In this document: piece by piece, positions 8,182 to 18,350 of the stretch
Layout of the letters: every line of letters starts with the position of its first letter
Position numbering within the stretch: position 1 is the stretch's first letter
Virus record (IMG/VR): IMGVR_UViG_3300043410_000871
Location: 1-58,530 of that record
Strand: one strand, 5' to 3'
Source of the DNA: a virus
Lineage: Duplodnaviria; Caudoviricetes
DNA length: 58,530 nt
The notes under the pieces: model-generated
Told to the model about the DNA's origin: nothing
What the model saw: the letters and a program-made list of their open reading frames with translations, nothing else
Database searches by the model: none
Translations under genes and position numbers: made by a program

Positions 8182-11100
8182 TTATGCGCCAAGACCTTTA
8201 ATTGCCCCAGTGTTTTCCAAGCGTAATGGAATGTAAATAAATTCCACTGCCTTAACTGGTTCAATAGCGATATCAACGTGCAATTCGTTTCTATCAATTC
8301 TTGCTGGTGTGTTATTTGAAGTATCGCACACTACTAAGTAGTCATACAACGCACGTTGACCAGTCAATTCAAGCATTAGTTTTTCAACTTGCTGTTTGAT
8401 TTCGTTACGTGTAATAGTATCGTTTGGTTCAAATATGTAAGGTTTAGCGATTGCATTCAATTGGTAACGTAAGTAAATTACCAAACGTGCAACGTTAATA
8501 CGATCCATTGCACTAGCAACTAGTTGACGTGTCTTCTGACCGTAAGCAACTAAACCAATGCCACCAATGTATGTAATTGGGTTAACGTTAATTGCTGCTA
8601 ATGTATCACGCTGTCCGTTGTTCAATGCAACTGTGTTAAACTCGCCAGTTAATGGGTCAACATAACCAACACTGCTTACGTTTGTTACACCACCACGGCG
8701 TGTACCTGCTGGTGCAAACCATGGATAAGAAACATTGTCGCTCAATGCGATTGTACGTAACATGATGTGGCTTGGTGGAACAACGATGTTGTTACCATTC
8801 AAGTCAGTTGTATAACCCCATGGGTAGTAAACTGCGCTCAAGTTGTCTGTTGAAACTAAACCATCTTCACCGTCACCAGTTGCACCGTTTACGTTATTAC
8901 CCCAGTTGCTCAATGATGTAGCATCTGGTGTCAAACGAGCTGGAGCGTCAGCAACAATAAATGATAACAAACCACGGTCTGCATTCAATGCATTTAGTGC
9001 AGGTAATGTTTCTAAGTAACCTGGGCAAGAAATTAAGTTGAATACACGGCTGTCTTCATCACGGATTTGTTGGTTTTCGTTAATTAAACTGTTCAATCCT
9101 TTTAATACAACTGCACGTTGCGCTTTGCGACCAAATTGGCCTGCCCCCTTCTCAGTATTTGGAGCAGCTGAAACCCACTTGTCAACGAAGTAAGCAGATT
9201 GGCTAGCACCACCTTGACGGACGTTATGTGCTGTTGGGTCAATATAGTTTTTGTGGTATTGTAATACGTTGTTACCTGAACGGCGTAAGTTCCATAGCAA
9301 CATACCACGTGGATACAATGCAGGATCTGGAGCGTCAAAGTCTAAGAAGTTGCTGCTCAACAAGTCAACAATATTGCTTGCTGTTGGGCCTAAACCATCT
9401 GTGTCCCAACGTGCGTCATGGAATAGAACACCATTTTCGCTTGTTTGGTCAGTATTGTCAACCAATACCCACATTTTAGAAATAAAGTTGTACTTAGAAA
9501 TTAGTGGATAATTTTCTAAATCTGCTGTGCTAATCCACAAGTCACCGTGTGCTAATGGAGTACCATCGCTTTGTGTTGTTGGCTCAGTTGCGCTAACAAT
9601 TGGACCATTTGGATCTGTAGCAGTACTTGTTACGTTGTTTGCATCAGTAATACCAGTGTGTTGATCATAATTTAAGTAACCAACCCATGTTGTACCATTG
9701 TGGATTAAAATATCCACTTCGTTAACAACGCTGCTATACCATAGTTGACCGTCTGCTGGCTCTGCTGTTGGGGCATCTGGACCAGCTGCAACTGCTGCAC
9801 TGCCGTCACTAGCTTGTGAAGTCCAACCTGAAACTACATAACCACCAGTTGAGCTTGTGTATACATTAGCTTGACCACCGAAGATTGCACTTACGTTAAC
9901 ACCAGTTAAACCGTTTTGTACAAGACCAATTTCACCACCGGCAACATGTGTCAATACAAGGTATTCTTTACCATTAGCAACTGTTGTAGAAGCTACAACG
10001 TTTGTCATACCAGCAGCGTTAATTAAACCTGCAAGCGTATCTGCATCAGCACCTACACCAGTTGCAGTCATGCTAACTGTATGTGAGTTAACTAGGCTTG
10101 TTCCACCTGTTAAACTTTCTGTAAGTGTAAAGCTAATTGTACCAACAATTGATGCACCAAATGCTGCTGAAGTTGTTGCAACTGGGCCAGCCACTTTGCG
10201 TGTGAACACTTGGAAGTCAGCTAAGTTAGTTGCTGTGCTATCATACTTAACAAAGGTTGTGCCCATGTCAATGTTTAAACCACCGCCAATTGGGTCTAAA
10301 CCAGTGTTAGCTGCTGCACCGTTTGCGTAAACTGGGGCAATTTCTTCAACCCACTTGCCAGTATTTTCGTTGTATGTCTTAACAGAGTAGCTAGCACCCA
10401 TGTTAGGTGTAGTTGTCTTAACCCATACAGAACCTGTTGGACGTGGATCTGATCCGTTTGTTTTAAACTGTGGTGGTAATGTGTGTGATGCAATTGCAAG
10501 CTCTAGTGGCTTGAATGAACCAACTACTAAACCAGACGCTGCCAAATTGCTTGTACCACTTGAAACATCTGCCACAACGATTGTTACGCCAGTTGAATAA
10601 AGTTGAATGTTACCAGCAATGTTAATAGATGCTGAAATACCATCAGCAATCATTGTTGAGTTTGCGTTAATTGCAGCAACTAATGTTGTCTTTGTAGGTG
10701 TAATACTAACGTCAGTAATTGTAGTTCCGTTAATTTTAACACCACCACCAGTTGTCATACTTCCTGTGCCTGCTGCACCAACAGATGCTGGTTGGCTAGC
10801 AATCCAAGCTGTTGAACCAACTTGTACCCAAGCTACTGGAGTAGAGGTTGCTGGTTTCTTGTACCACAACTTGTATAAGTTTGAAACTGCTACTAATGCA
10901 TAATCACCAACTGCGCCAACGCTAGCCTTTGGTGTATAATCACCACCTAGGAAGTTCACAACTTTAGCTGAATCAGTAATTACTGTTGGAACCACGTTAG
11001 TAAATGTTTGACCACCAGTTACGTTAGCTGGGGCTGAGTTCCATTCAAAAATACCAAAGTATGATGATAATGTGTCTAACCACTGTGCGCCATTTGCTGG

Positions 11101-11490
11101 TTTACCATGTGGTGCTGTTGCGCTAGCTTGTAGTTGAGTTAAGTCAACGTCTGCACGAGCAACGTATGCGCGGTTGCTAATGCCCAAGAAGCTGTATGCT
11201 GCTTGTAAGCCATATTCGTTAATTTCGCCAGCATGAACTGGGTTATTGCTTGCGTCAGTTTGGAAGTAAGGAATACCAAAAGTTGCTCCCAAGTCCATTT
11301 GACTTGTTAATAGGTATACCTTGCCTGCATTAGCTTTCAATGTACCTGGTGCTGTACCAGTACCTGCGCTGTTTGCTTTGTTCTCGCCCGAGGCAACGAT
11401 AATTAGGGGTACTGTTCCTGGTGCAGATGGAGTATAAAAACTCTCATCAATAACGGTAACGCTTACACCTGGTGAACTTAATTGTGCCAT
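8182..11490 (-). CDS. Contractile tail sheath protein (T4 gp18-like) with large internal insertion
   Basis: N-terminal LSSPGVSVTVIDES; C-terminal YPWFAPAGTRRG, RDTL..INVNPI, GQKT, DRINVARL, FEPND and IEPVKAVEFIYIPL. Confidence 0.95.
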   Translation of the reverse strand: MAQLSSPGVSVTVIDESFYTPSAPGTVPLIIVASGENKANSAGTGTAPGTLKANAGKVYLLTSQMDLGATFGIPYFQTDASNNPVHAGEINEYGLQAAYSFLGISNRAYVARADVDLTQLQASATAPHGKPANGAQWLDTLSSYFGIFEWNSAPANVTGGQTFTNVVPTVITDSAKVVNFLGGDYTPKASVGAVGDYALVAVSNLYKLWYKKPATSTPVAWVQVGSTAWIASQPASVGAAGTGSMTTGGGVKINGTTITDVSITPTKTTLVAAINANSTMIADGISASINIAGNIQLYSTGVTIVVADVSSGTSNLAASGLVVGSFKPLELAIASHTLPPQFKTNGSDPRPTGSVWVKTTTPNMGASYSVKTYNENTGKWVEEIAPVYANGAAANTGLDPIGGGLNIDMGTTFVKYDSTATNLADFQVFTRKVAGPVATTSAAFGASIVGTISFTLTESLTGGTSLVNSHTVSMTATGVGADADTLAGLINAAGMTNVVASTTVANGKEYLVLTHVAGGEIGLVQNGLTGVNVSAIFGGQANVYTSSTGGYVVSGWTSQASDGSAAVAAGPDAPTAEPADGQLWYSSVVNEVDILIHNGTTWVGYLNYDQHTGITDANNVTSTATDPNGPIVSATEPTTQSDGTPLAHGDLWISTADLENYPLISKYNFISKMWVLVDNTDQTSENGVLFHDARWDTDGLGPTASNIVDLLSSNFLDFDAPDPALYPRGMLLWNLRRSGNNVLQYHKNYIDPTAHNVRQGGASQSAYFVDKWVSAAPNTEKGAGQFGRKAQRAVVLKGLNSLINENQQIRDEDSRVFNLISCPGYLETLPALNALNADRGLLSFIVADAPARLTPDATSLSNWGNNVNGATGDGEDGLVSTDNLSAVYYPWGYTTDLNGNNIVVPPSHIMLRTIALSDNVSYPWFAPAGTRRGGVTNVSSVGYVDPLTGEFNTVALNNGQRDTLAAINVNPITYIGGIGLVAYGQKTRQLVASAMDRINVARLVIYLRYQLNAIAKPYIFEPNDTITRNEIKQQVEKLMLELTGQRALYDYLVVCDTSNNTPARIDRNELHVDIAIEPVKAVEFIYIPLRLENTGAIKGLGA

Positions 11491-11522
11491 TTTGTAATCT
11501 CCATGAATACATGTTCTCCATG

Positions 11523-11530
11523 TATTTATA
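11523..11530 (-). promoter_or_regulatory. T4-type late promoter TATAAATA
   Basis: Exact T4 late consensus about 33 nt upstream of the sheath ATG, with a GGAG Shine-Dalgarno site downstream. Confidence 0.75.
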
Positions 11531-11596
11531 GCAAATGGTCAATTTCGAGTGGTTATAACAGCACGTTAAAGGGATGAAAAAGGTGTAAATATCGTT

Positions 11597-11932
11597 ATGA
11601 GACCACTTTGTAAGTGCGGTTTACGTCCCGCAGCTATTAATTATCACAAGAATGGTAGGGTATACTACAGGAAGCTCTGCGAAGCATGTTTAAAGGGCGG
11701 AGAACACGCCGGAGTACCTCGTTGGTATCTCAGTGGGTATCGCATGAAGAACTCTTGCGACAAGTGCGGATTTAAAAGTATCCATAAAGAAGTGTTTGCA
11801 GTATTCCATATCGATGGCGATTTGAATAACTGCAAACACTCAAACTTAAAAACGGTCTGTGCAAACTGCCAAAGAGTATTGCACAAAGAGGGTGTTAAGT
11901 GGAAGCAGGGTGGTTTGGTTCCGGATTTATAA
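11597..11932 (+). CDS. Zn-ribbon / HNH endonuclease-like protein
   Basis: CxC and three CxxC pairs plus HIDGDLNN..SNLKTVCANCQ. Overlaps the 3' end of the dNMP kinase gene convergently. Confidence 0.75.
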   Translation: MRPLCKCGLRPAAINYHKNGRVYYRKLCEACLKGGEHAGVPRWYLSGYRMKNSCDKCGFKSIHKEVFAVFHIDGDLNNCKHSNLKTVCANCQRVLHKEGVKWKQGGLVPDL

Positions 11933-12551
11933 GAGCTTGAACTTGCTTATATAAGTCCTCAATACTACTATCGTTTTCCATTACTGCATCGAACTCAGTT
12001 CCAACCCAAGCAGTTTCGCTAGCATGGATGCCAAGTTTTTCTAAATGATGCTTACTTAATGCCCAGTTCATATTCCCGTATTGGCCACGATTTACGCTTT
12101 CAGCAGCACTGTACCATTCAGGTTCTGGGCCACGTTTAACACGTATCACAATACCACCAGCATTACGGATTGATTTAATTTCGTTTGGGAAGCGACAGTC
12201 TGAGATTACAACACTGTCTTTAGAGTTGCGTAGCTTGTTTTCTAAGCTAGCGATCCAGATATCATCATGGAAGCCTTTGCGGCATACTTCTGTCCCCCAT
12301 TGTTGGAGGATATATCGTGGGGTAATTGGTTTGCCTAAACGCTCACTCCACCATTCATCTGGAATTTCACGCCACTCACGGGCTGCTTTTGTTCTGCCTT
12401 CAAGTAGTAGTCTATCCCAACCAAATACTTGTGCTACTGCATCTTTTAAGCTATTTGCGAAGCTTTCACGTCTGTAACCGTGGAAATTTGTAAGGTAATC
12501 AGCAATAGTATCTTTGCCAGACCCAATGAAACCGCACACACCAATAATCAT
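11895..12551 (-). CDS. Deoxynucleoside monophosphate kinase (T4 gp1-like)
   Basis: P-loop GFIGSGKDT, FANSLKD, TPRYILQQWGTEVCR, VISDCRFPNE and HASE. Confidence 0.93.
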   Translation of the reverse strand: MIIGVCGFIGSGKDTIADYLTNFHGYRRESFANSLKDAVAQVFGWDRLLLEGRTKAAREWREIPDEWWSERLGKPITPRYILQQWGTEVCRKGFHDDIWIASLENKLRNSKDSVVISDCRFPNEIKSIRNAGGIVIRVKRGPEPEWYSAAESVNRGQYGNMNWALSKHHLEKLGIHASETAWVGTEFDAVMENDSSIEDLYKQVQALINPEPNHPAST

Positions 12552-12573
12552 AAATCCTCCTGGATATCATGTT

Positions 12574-12602
12574 ATTATGTAGCAATTCTGTAACACAGTC
12601 AA
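12574..12602 (-). promoter_or_regulatory. Sigma70-like promoter for the dNMP kinase gene
   Basis: Minus strand TTGACT-N17-CATAAT, followed by a GGAGG Shine-Dalgarno site and ATG 12551. Confidence 0.6.
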
Positions 12603-12616
12603 ATAATTTTGTATCG

Positions 12617-13402
12617 TTAACCAGTAATAAAGTAGTAGCCAGTGCCACCAGAAACTAGAGTTTCTAGTTCTTTATCAAGCGCCGTGAGTTCTTCTTTAGC
12701 TTCAGCGATTAGTGCAGTACCATTTAAGGTAATAGATGACCCCGGGCCAGCAATACTTGCAAACTTGCTACGAGCTTGACCTAGCATCATTTTGCTTGTT
12801 GCCAATGCGTAATCGCGCAACCATTGCTTTGCATAGATGTCCTGTAGCAATACCCAATCAGGACGGAAATTGTATGCCTGAACTAGAATTTGCTCACCTT
12901 GGGCAAATGGTCTTTGTAAAATTAATAGGGTATGTGTAGTTGGTTTCCACTTAAATTCAATGAATGAACCAAACATTTTGCCCACTAATTTCTGGTATCC
13001 AGCAAACATTTCATATGTTGCTAAACCGCCCATCATACTACCAGACATCAAGTACGTGTTTGTGTACGCCAAGTTGAACGGCTCGAACAATGTTCCGCCT
13101 GCACCCATACCCGTTCTTGATCCAATAGCTCTACGAAATACTTGTCGAACTTCAATAACTTCGTCAGGTAATTTGTATTCGTTTTGATCTTGGATTAGTT
13201 CTAAAAACAAATAGCTTTCTTCCACAGCGTTTGGACTACGTTGTCTAAAGCGATTTAACGCTCTATCAAGTGCAATTTCCATGTGCTTTGGATCAAGGTC
13301 AACATCAACCATTCCGTCACCCAGCATTGTACGGATGTAATCAAATACTTTATTACGTTCGATAGTAGATGTAGATTCAGGGGTTGATGGCAGATTATCC
13401 AT
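12617..13402 (-). CDS. Neck protein (T4 gp13-like head-tail adaptor)
   Basis: YIRTMLG..VDVDL, WLRDYALA..KMMLGQARSKF..IAGP...ITLNG..L..EA motifs. Confidence 0.85.
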   Translation of the reverse strand: MDNLPSTPESTSTIERNKVFDYIRTMLGDGMVDVDLDPKHMEIALDRALNRFRQRSPNAVEESYLFLELIQDQNEYKLPDEVIEVRQVFRRAIGSRTGMGAGGTLFEPFNLAYTNTYLMSGSMMGGLATYEMFAGYQKLVGKMFGSFIEFKWKPTTHTLLILQRPFAQGEQILVQAYNFRPDWVLLQDIYAKQWLRDYALATSKMMLGQARSKFASIAGPGSSITLNGTALIAEAKEELTALDKELETLVSGGTGYYFITG

Positions 13403-13419
13403 TTTTAGCTCTCCAAGTA

Positions 13420-13439
13420 TATTTAGCTGGCGATAAATA
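13420..13439. promoter_or_regulatory. Back-to-back late promoter motifs (CTAAATA on minus, GATAAATA on plus)
   Basis: The 42-nt gap between divergent neck genes carries a TAAATA on each strand pointing at each gene. Confidence 0.6.
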
Positions 13440-13444
13440 TCATT

Positions 13445-14635
13445 ATGCCACGATTATCTCTTTACCGCCCAGAAAGGGGCAACGATTACAGATTTATAGA
13501 TCGTCAGATTTCTGAAATGTTTCAGGCTGGCGGTACTGATGTGTATTTGCACAAATACATGGGTCCTAAAACAGACGCTGATCTGCAAAGAGACCCAGAT
13601 TCTGTGACGGTTGATCAACCACAAATTGATACACAATCAGTCACTAACATTCAAGATTTGTTGTTTTTAGAGAATCGTGATAGAAAATACGATCAAGAAA
13701 TTTACAGAATTCGTGGCTTGTATAATGTACAAAATATTGACTTCAATCTAAGTCAGTTCGGATTGTTTATTGACAACGATACATTGTACATGACTGTACA
13801 CATTAATGATTTTATCAAATATATTGGTCGCAAACCAATAAGCGGTGATGTGCTTGAACTGCCACACTTGCGTGATGATTTTGCGTTGGGTGACTTTGAT
13901 GTAAGCCTACCACGCTACTATGTTATTGAAGATGTGGGCCGTGCAAGTGAAGGTTTTAGTGTAACTTGGTTCCCACATTTGTATAGATTAAAGTTAAAGA
14001 AGATTACAGACAATCAACAATTTTCTGATATTTTCAGCAAGCCTGCACTTGATGCAAATGGTGACCCAGATACAAGTGGCAAAACATTAAAGGATCTGTT
14101 AAGCACATATAACACTGAGATTAGCATCAATGACCAAGTAATTGGACAAGCTGAAGCTGATGCGCCACTAAGTGGCAGTGATACACGACAATATTATACA
14201 TTGGGTGTTGATCCAACTACTGGGCAACCAGTTATCCAAACTGCTGACCTAGACTCTGAATTTGCAAGTGATGGTGACTTGGTCAGTGAAAACGTCAATA
14301 GACCAGTGCGCGATGGATATACTGGATATTTGTTAGGCGACGGGATTCCATCAAATGGATATGATTTTGGTCACGGATCTCAATTCCCAGACGCACCATC
14401 AGACGGTGACTTCTACTTAAGAGTGGATTTCTTCCCCAACAGACTATTCCGCTTTAGTGGAAATTCGTGGGTAAAATATGAAGACGCTGTGCGTATGACA
14501 ATGACTAACAATGACACTCGTCAAACACTCAAAACTGGATTCATCAATAACACAAACGAGAATACATTTGGTACTGATCTGGTTCCAGAACGTCAATCAC
14601 TATCTAAGGCACTCAAACCTAGGGCGGATTTATAA
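13445..14635 (+). CDS. Neck / head-closure protein (T4 gp14-like)
   Basis: QDLLFLENRDRKYD, FNLSQFGLF, GRKPISGDVLELPH motifs; lies between the gp13-like and gp15-like genes. Confidence 0.7.
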   Translation: MPRLSLYRPERGNDYRFIDRQISEMFQAGGTDVYLHKYMGPKTDADLQRDPDSVTVDQPQIDTQSVTNIQDLLFLENRDRKYDQEIYRIRGLYNVQNIDFNLSQFGLFIDNDTLYMTVHINDFIKYIGRKPISGDVLELPHLRDDFALGDFDVSLPRYYVIEDVGRASEGFSVTWFPHLYRLKLKKITDNQQFSDIFSKPALDANGDPDTSGKTLKDLLSTYNTEISINDQVIGQAEADAPLSGSDTRQYYTLGVDPTTGQPVIQTADLDSEFASDGDLVSENVNRPVRDGYTGYLLGDGIPSNGYDFGHGSQFPDAPSDGDFYLRVDFFPNRLFRFSGNSWVKYEDAVRMTMTNNDTRQTLKTGFINNTNENTFGTDLVPERQSLSKALKPRADL

Positions 14636-16068
14636 TGCAGCATTTTTATGATGGTCAGATAAGACGCTATATCACACAAACTATTCGTGTGTTTAGCAAC
14701 TTTGTAGTAAAGTATGGTGACGGTAGTTTGCATCGCATACCCGTGATGTACGGTGATGCTGATAGACAAGCTGCAAGTATTATCCGCGGAAACAGTGAAA
14801 ATAAAACCAACTCTGTACCTAGGATTGCAGTGTACGTAACTGGTTTAGATATCGACAAAGAACGATTAGCAGACTCTAGCTTCGTCAGTAAAGTTAATAT
14901 TAGAGAACGTGATGTACTTGATGGTGCATATACACAATCACAAGGCCGTAATTACACAGTTGAGCGTTTAATGCCAACTCCATTTAAGTTAACTATGAAG
15001 GTTGACATTTGGTCTGCAAATACTGACCAAAAGTTACAGATACTTGAGCAGATTTTAGTATTGTTTAACCCAAGTTTGGAATTACAAACTAACAGCAACT
15101 TTATTGATTGGACAAGTTTGTCAGTATTAAACATGAGTGCAGTTGCTTGGTCTAGTAAAACAGTTCCAGTGGGCAACGACACACCAATCGATGTTGCAAC
15201 ATTAACATTGGATACTCCTATTTGGATTAGCCCACCAGTTAAGGTTAAACATTTGGGTGTTATTACACGCATTGTTACTAGCTTGTTTGGATCAAATACA
15301 ATTGACGACAGTACATACATTGACGGATTTGGACCAGATTTAAGCGGCGGGTCAGTAACAATGGACAACGCATTATCAGGACAATTCACTACAATTGGTG
15401 GTTTCAATATTACAGTATATAATACTGCAAGCACATTTAAAGCAGAGCTTGACAAGTATAGTGGTGATGCGACTATGCCAGCTGACTGGGGCTCATTATT
15501 TGACCAATACCCAGGGCAATATATTGCAGGGTCGTCAAAGATCTATATTGAGCAAATTGATGGCTCTGAAATATCAGGTACCATTGCTACAGATCCAGTT
15601 GATTCAACAGTGTTGAATATTGTTCCAGATGCTGACCTTGTATGGTCAGATGAAGAGCCACTAACAGTTAATCCATACAATGGATATACTAGTGTACGTC
15701 TTGGTAGCCCAAGTACGTTTGATGCTATTATTGACCCGTCAAGAGTGTACCCAGGGAATGGCATGTCTAATGTCGTTGCTGGTGATAGATTCTTAATTAT
15801 TGAAGACATTGGTAACCCGATTAATGGTGACGGTCCTGATGCTTGGAAATCTACTAGCGGTGTTGATTTTATTGCAAAATCTAATGATATAATCGAGTGG
15901 GATGGCAATCAATGGCACGTTATGTTTGATGCTACTCAAGAAGAAAGAATCATTACACAATCCAACATATATAATAACATTCGAGTGCAGTATACATGGA
16001 ATAACGTTTCATGGACTAAGCGTTTTGATGGATTATATACAGCTGGACAATGGAGAATCGTACTATAA
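14635..16068 (+). CDS. Tail sheath stabiliser / terminator (T4 gp15-like) with C-terminal extension
   Basis: HFYDGQIRRY...FSNF, IPVMYG, PRIAV, MPTPF, QKLQILEQILVLFNP motifs. Confidence 0.8.
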   Translation: MQHFYDGQIRRYITQTIRVFSNFVVKYGDGSLHRIPVMYGDADRQAASIIRGNSENKTNSVPRIAVYVTGLDIDKERLADSSFVSKVNIRERDVLDGAYTQSQGRNYTVERLMPTPFKLTMKVDIWSANTDQKLQILEQILVLFNPSLELQTNSNFIDWTSLSVLNMSAVAWSSKTVPVGNDTPIDVATLTLDTPIWISPPVKVKHLGVITRIVTSLFGSNTIDDSTYIDGFGPDLSGGSVTMDNALSGQFTTIGGFNITVYNTASTFKAELDKYSGDATMPADWGSLFDQYPGQYIAGSSKIYIEQIDGSEISGTIATDPVDSTVLNIVPDADLVWSDEEPLTVNPYNGYTSVRLGSPSTFDAIIDPSRVYPGNGMSNVVAGDRFLIIEDIGNPINGDGPDAWKSTSGVDFIAKSNDIIEWDGNQWHVMFDATQEERIITQSNIYNNIRVQYTWNNVSWTKRFDGLYTAGQWRIVL

Positions 16069-16499
16069 CAGAAAAAATCGTCTGTAGTGGCGCTTTGTTT
16101 TATGCAAAGTCTACTAGGCGCTTTCTGTTGGTTCAAAAAGCTCACGGTAAACACGAGGGAACTTGGGGTTTAGTTGGTGGCACAAATATCCCTGGCGAGA
16201 ACCCATGGCAGGGTTTAAAGAGGGAAGTTATTGAAGAAATAGGCGCAATGCCTAAAGTTATTAAAACTATCCCAATTGAAACTTTTGTTTCAAATGATAC
16301 TGTGTTTAACTTCCATACATACTTGTGTGTAATTGAGGACGAGTTTGTTCCTATACTAAGTACAGAACATATCGGGTGGGCTTGGTCCACAATTGATAGG
16401 GCGCCTAAACCATTACACCAAGGATTGCGTAATAGTTTCTCAAGCAAAACTATTCGCACAAAACTGCAAACAGTGTTTGATTTAATAGATATTCTCTAA
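16050..16499 (+). CDS. NUDIX hydrolase
   Basis: Nudix box G-TNIPG-E-NPWQGLK-REVIEEIG. Confidence 0.9.
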   Translation: MENRTITEKIVCSGALFYAKSTRRFLLVQKAHGKHEGTWGLVGGTNIPGENPWQGLKREVIEEIGAMPKVIKTIPIETFVSNDTVFNFHTYLCVIEDEFVPILSTEHIGWAWSTIDRAPKPLHQGLRNSFSSKTIRTKLQTVFDLIDIL

Positions 16500-16530
16500 C
16501 CAAGATCACTGAATTCAAAAAGCATATCAC

Positions 16531-16537
16531 GTAAATA
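16531..16537 (+). promoter_or_regulatory. Late-promoter-like motif GTAAATA upstream of the oxygenase operon
   Basis: TAAATA core about 25 nt before the GTG at 16562; the same motif precedes structural genes in this window. Confidence 0.5.
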
Positions 16538-16561
16538 CCCACTAGAACTCGGGATTAATAA

Positions 16562-17158
16562 GTGATTAAAGAACCGCTAATAATTGACGATATTGTTTCA
16601 CAACAAATCGCAGACAAGATAGAAGAAGTATTACTATCGGAAGCAGACTGGCATTTTATTTCAGATGTGACATTTGGATCAGGTGCTGATTATCGGTCAA
16701 CTCCTGCATTTGGTCACGTTTTTAAGAATACCGAATGGCCCGATCATTCAGATCCATTTTTGTCACTAGTTATGCCGGTGGTAGAAGCCGCCTGTAGTAG
16801 GATCAATTACCACATTCATTCAATACAAAAAGCAAGATCATTCTTGCAAGTCCCTTTACATGAGAGCTTCACAACAACAAAGTTGGATGCGCTACATGTT
16901 GATCAACAATTCCCTCACTTAGTAGTTCTATACTATGTCATGGATTCCGATGGTGACACTATTATTGTTGACCATAAGCGAGTTGGCGCACCGAACTATA
17001 CACTTGAAGCTGCTGATTTCCCACAACTTGTAAGAGTAACTCCCAAGAAGGGCAGAGTAGTAATCTTTGACGGTGATTATTACCACACTGCTGAACAACC
17101 AAAGCATGGGCTTCGTTGCATTGTTAATTTTAATGTATTAGGTGGTATTAGAGCATGA
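16562..17158 (+). CDS. 2OG-Fe(II) oxygenase 1 (DSDGDT subfamily)
   Basis: HVD...LYYVMDSDGDT...PKKGRVVIFDGDYYH...R: HxD..H triad plus the 2OG-binding Arg. Confidence 0.85.
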   Translation: MIKEPLIIDDIVSQQIADKIEEVLLSEADWHFISDVTFGSGADYRSTPAFGHVFKNTEWPDHSDPFLSLVMPVVEAACSRINYHIHSIQKARSFLQVPLHESFTTTKLDALHVDQQFPHLVVLYYVMDSDGDTIIVDHKRVGAPNYTLEAADFPQLVRVTPKKGRVVIFDGDYYHTAEQPKHGLRCIVNFNVLGGIRA

Positions 17159-17721
17159 ACGATATCCTAGTATTTGACGATATTATTCCAGTACAGCATC
17201 AAGAATTCCTTGAATATTATTTTCTCCGTGGTGAGAATAAATGGTATTTTCAAAAGGATATAACATACACTGACCCAGAGAATCAAGGAGCAGAAGTTAC
17301 ACACTATGGGTTTTCTAACCTAATATACGACCGTGCAACTAAGCCTGACATGGGTGCTGATTTTTATAATATCCTCCCTGTTCTTTATCAAGCAGGCGCA
17401 AGAGTGGGGTTTGATGTTGGTGCTGTACTTAGAATGCGAGCATTCCTCCAATTACCTATTGCGTCAAATGATGGCCCAATTAACAATGCACACACTGACA
17501 TGGCAATGAATCACTTAGTTGTGCTGTATTATTTGACCGACTCTGATGGTGATACATACATTTATAACGAGACTGAGAAATCAGAAACATACACCATTAA
17601 ACAACAGGTAACGCCCAAGCGTGGTAGATGCGTAGTATTTGATGGGCGACTCTACCACAGTAGCAGTAGGCCAACAAATAATAGACGCTGTATTTTAAAC
17701 ATTAATTTTATACCCAAATGA
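17155..17721 (+). CDS. 2OG-Fe(II) oxygenase 2 (DSDGDT subfamily)
   Basis: HTD...YYLTDSDGDT...PKRGRCVVFDGRLYH...R; ATGA overlap with the previous gene. Confidence 0.85.
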   Translation: MNDILVFDDIIPVQHQEFLEYYFLRGENKWYFQKDITYTDPENQGAEVTHYGFSNLIYDRATKPDMGADFYNILPVLYQAGARVGFDVGAVLRMRAFLQLPIASNDGPINNAHTDMAMNHLVVLYYLTDSDGDTYIYNETEKSETYTIKQQVTPKRGRCVVFDGRLYHSSSRPTNNRRCILNINFIPK

Positions 17722-18350
17722 CCACGTTTTATCAACCATTTGCATCACACATTTACCACAACACTGAGTCGCGAGTATCAAATCATGACGAGTTGAAAAA
17801 ATTTGTGTTAGACATGTATGCGGAATCACCAGTAAAAGAGGGAAACTTTTATCACACTGGGTTCACTACATACTTCTACGATGACTTTACGGGACATTTA
17901 TACACACATGAATTGTTTAATGAACTCCGTGACATGATTATTAGGGAAGCTAATAAGTTTGTGACTAAACGATATGAACATTTGGAGCAGCATGGAAAGA
18001 TTGTTTTTAAAAATATACGTCCATTGCGTTTTACTAACATGTGGTTTAATGTAAATCCCCCAGGTGGATATCAAGGTAGACACCACCATGCTATGAATTT
18101 GTTAGGCGGTACATACTATTTAGATGTACCAGATGAGTCTGGAAAGATTGGGTTTTATGATCCAAACCAGTTTGCATACTTTCATAATCAAGACCATAAT
18201 GCTATGAACTTGTTAATACCAGATTTCGATGTACAAACGTCTACTGGCGATTTATTAATTTGGCCAGGGTGGATGGACCATGAAATTTCAGTAAACAAGA
18301 CTGCTGATAAGAATAGGCTATCAATATCATTTGGGATTAATTGGGCATGA
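17718..18350 (+). CDS. 2OG-Fe(II) oxygenase 3 (HxH, TIGR02466-like subfamily)
   Basis: WFNVNPPGGYQGRHHH...GTYYL...GDLLIWPGWMDHEI...RLSISF. Confidence 0.8.
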   Translation: MTTFYQPFASHIYHNTESRVSNHDELKKFVLDMYAESPVKEGNFYHTGFTTYFYDDFTGHLYTHELFNELRDMIIREANKFVTKRYEHLEQHGKIVFKNIRPLRFTNMWFNVNPPGGYQGRHHHAMNLLGGTYYLDVPDESGKIGFYDPNQFAYFHNQDHNAMNLLIPDFDVQTSTGDLLIWPGWMDHEISVNKTADKNRLSISFGINWA

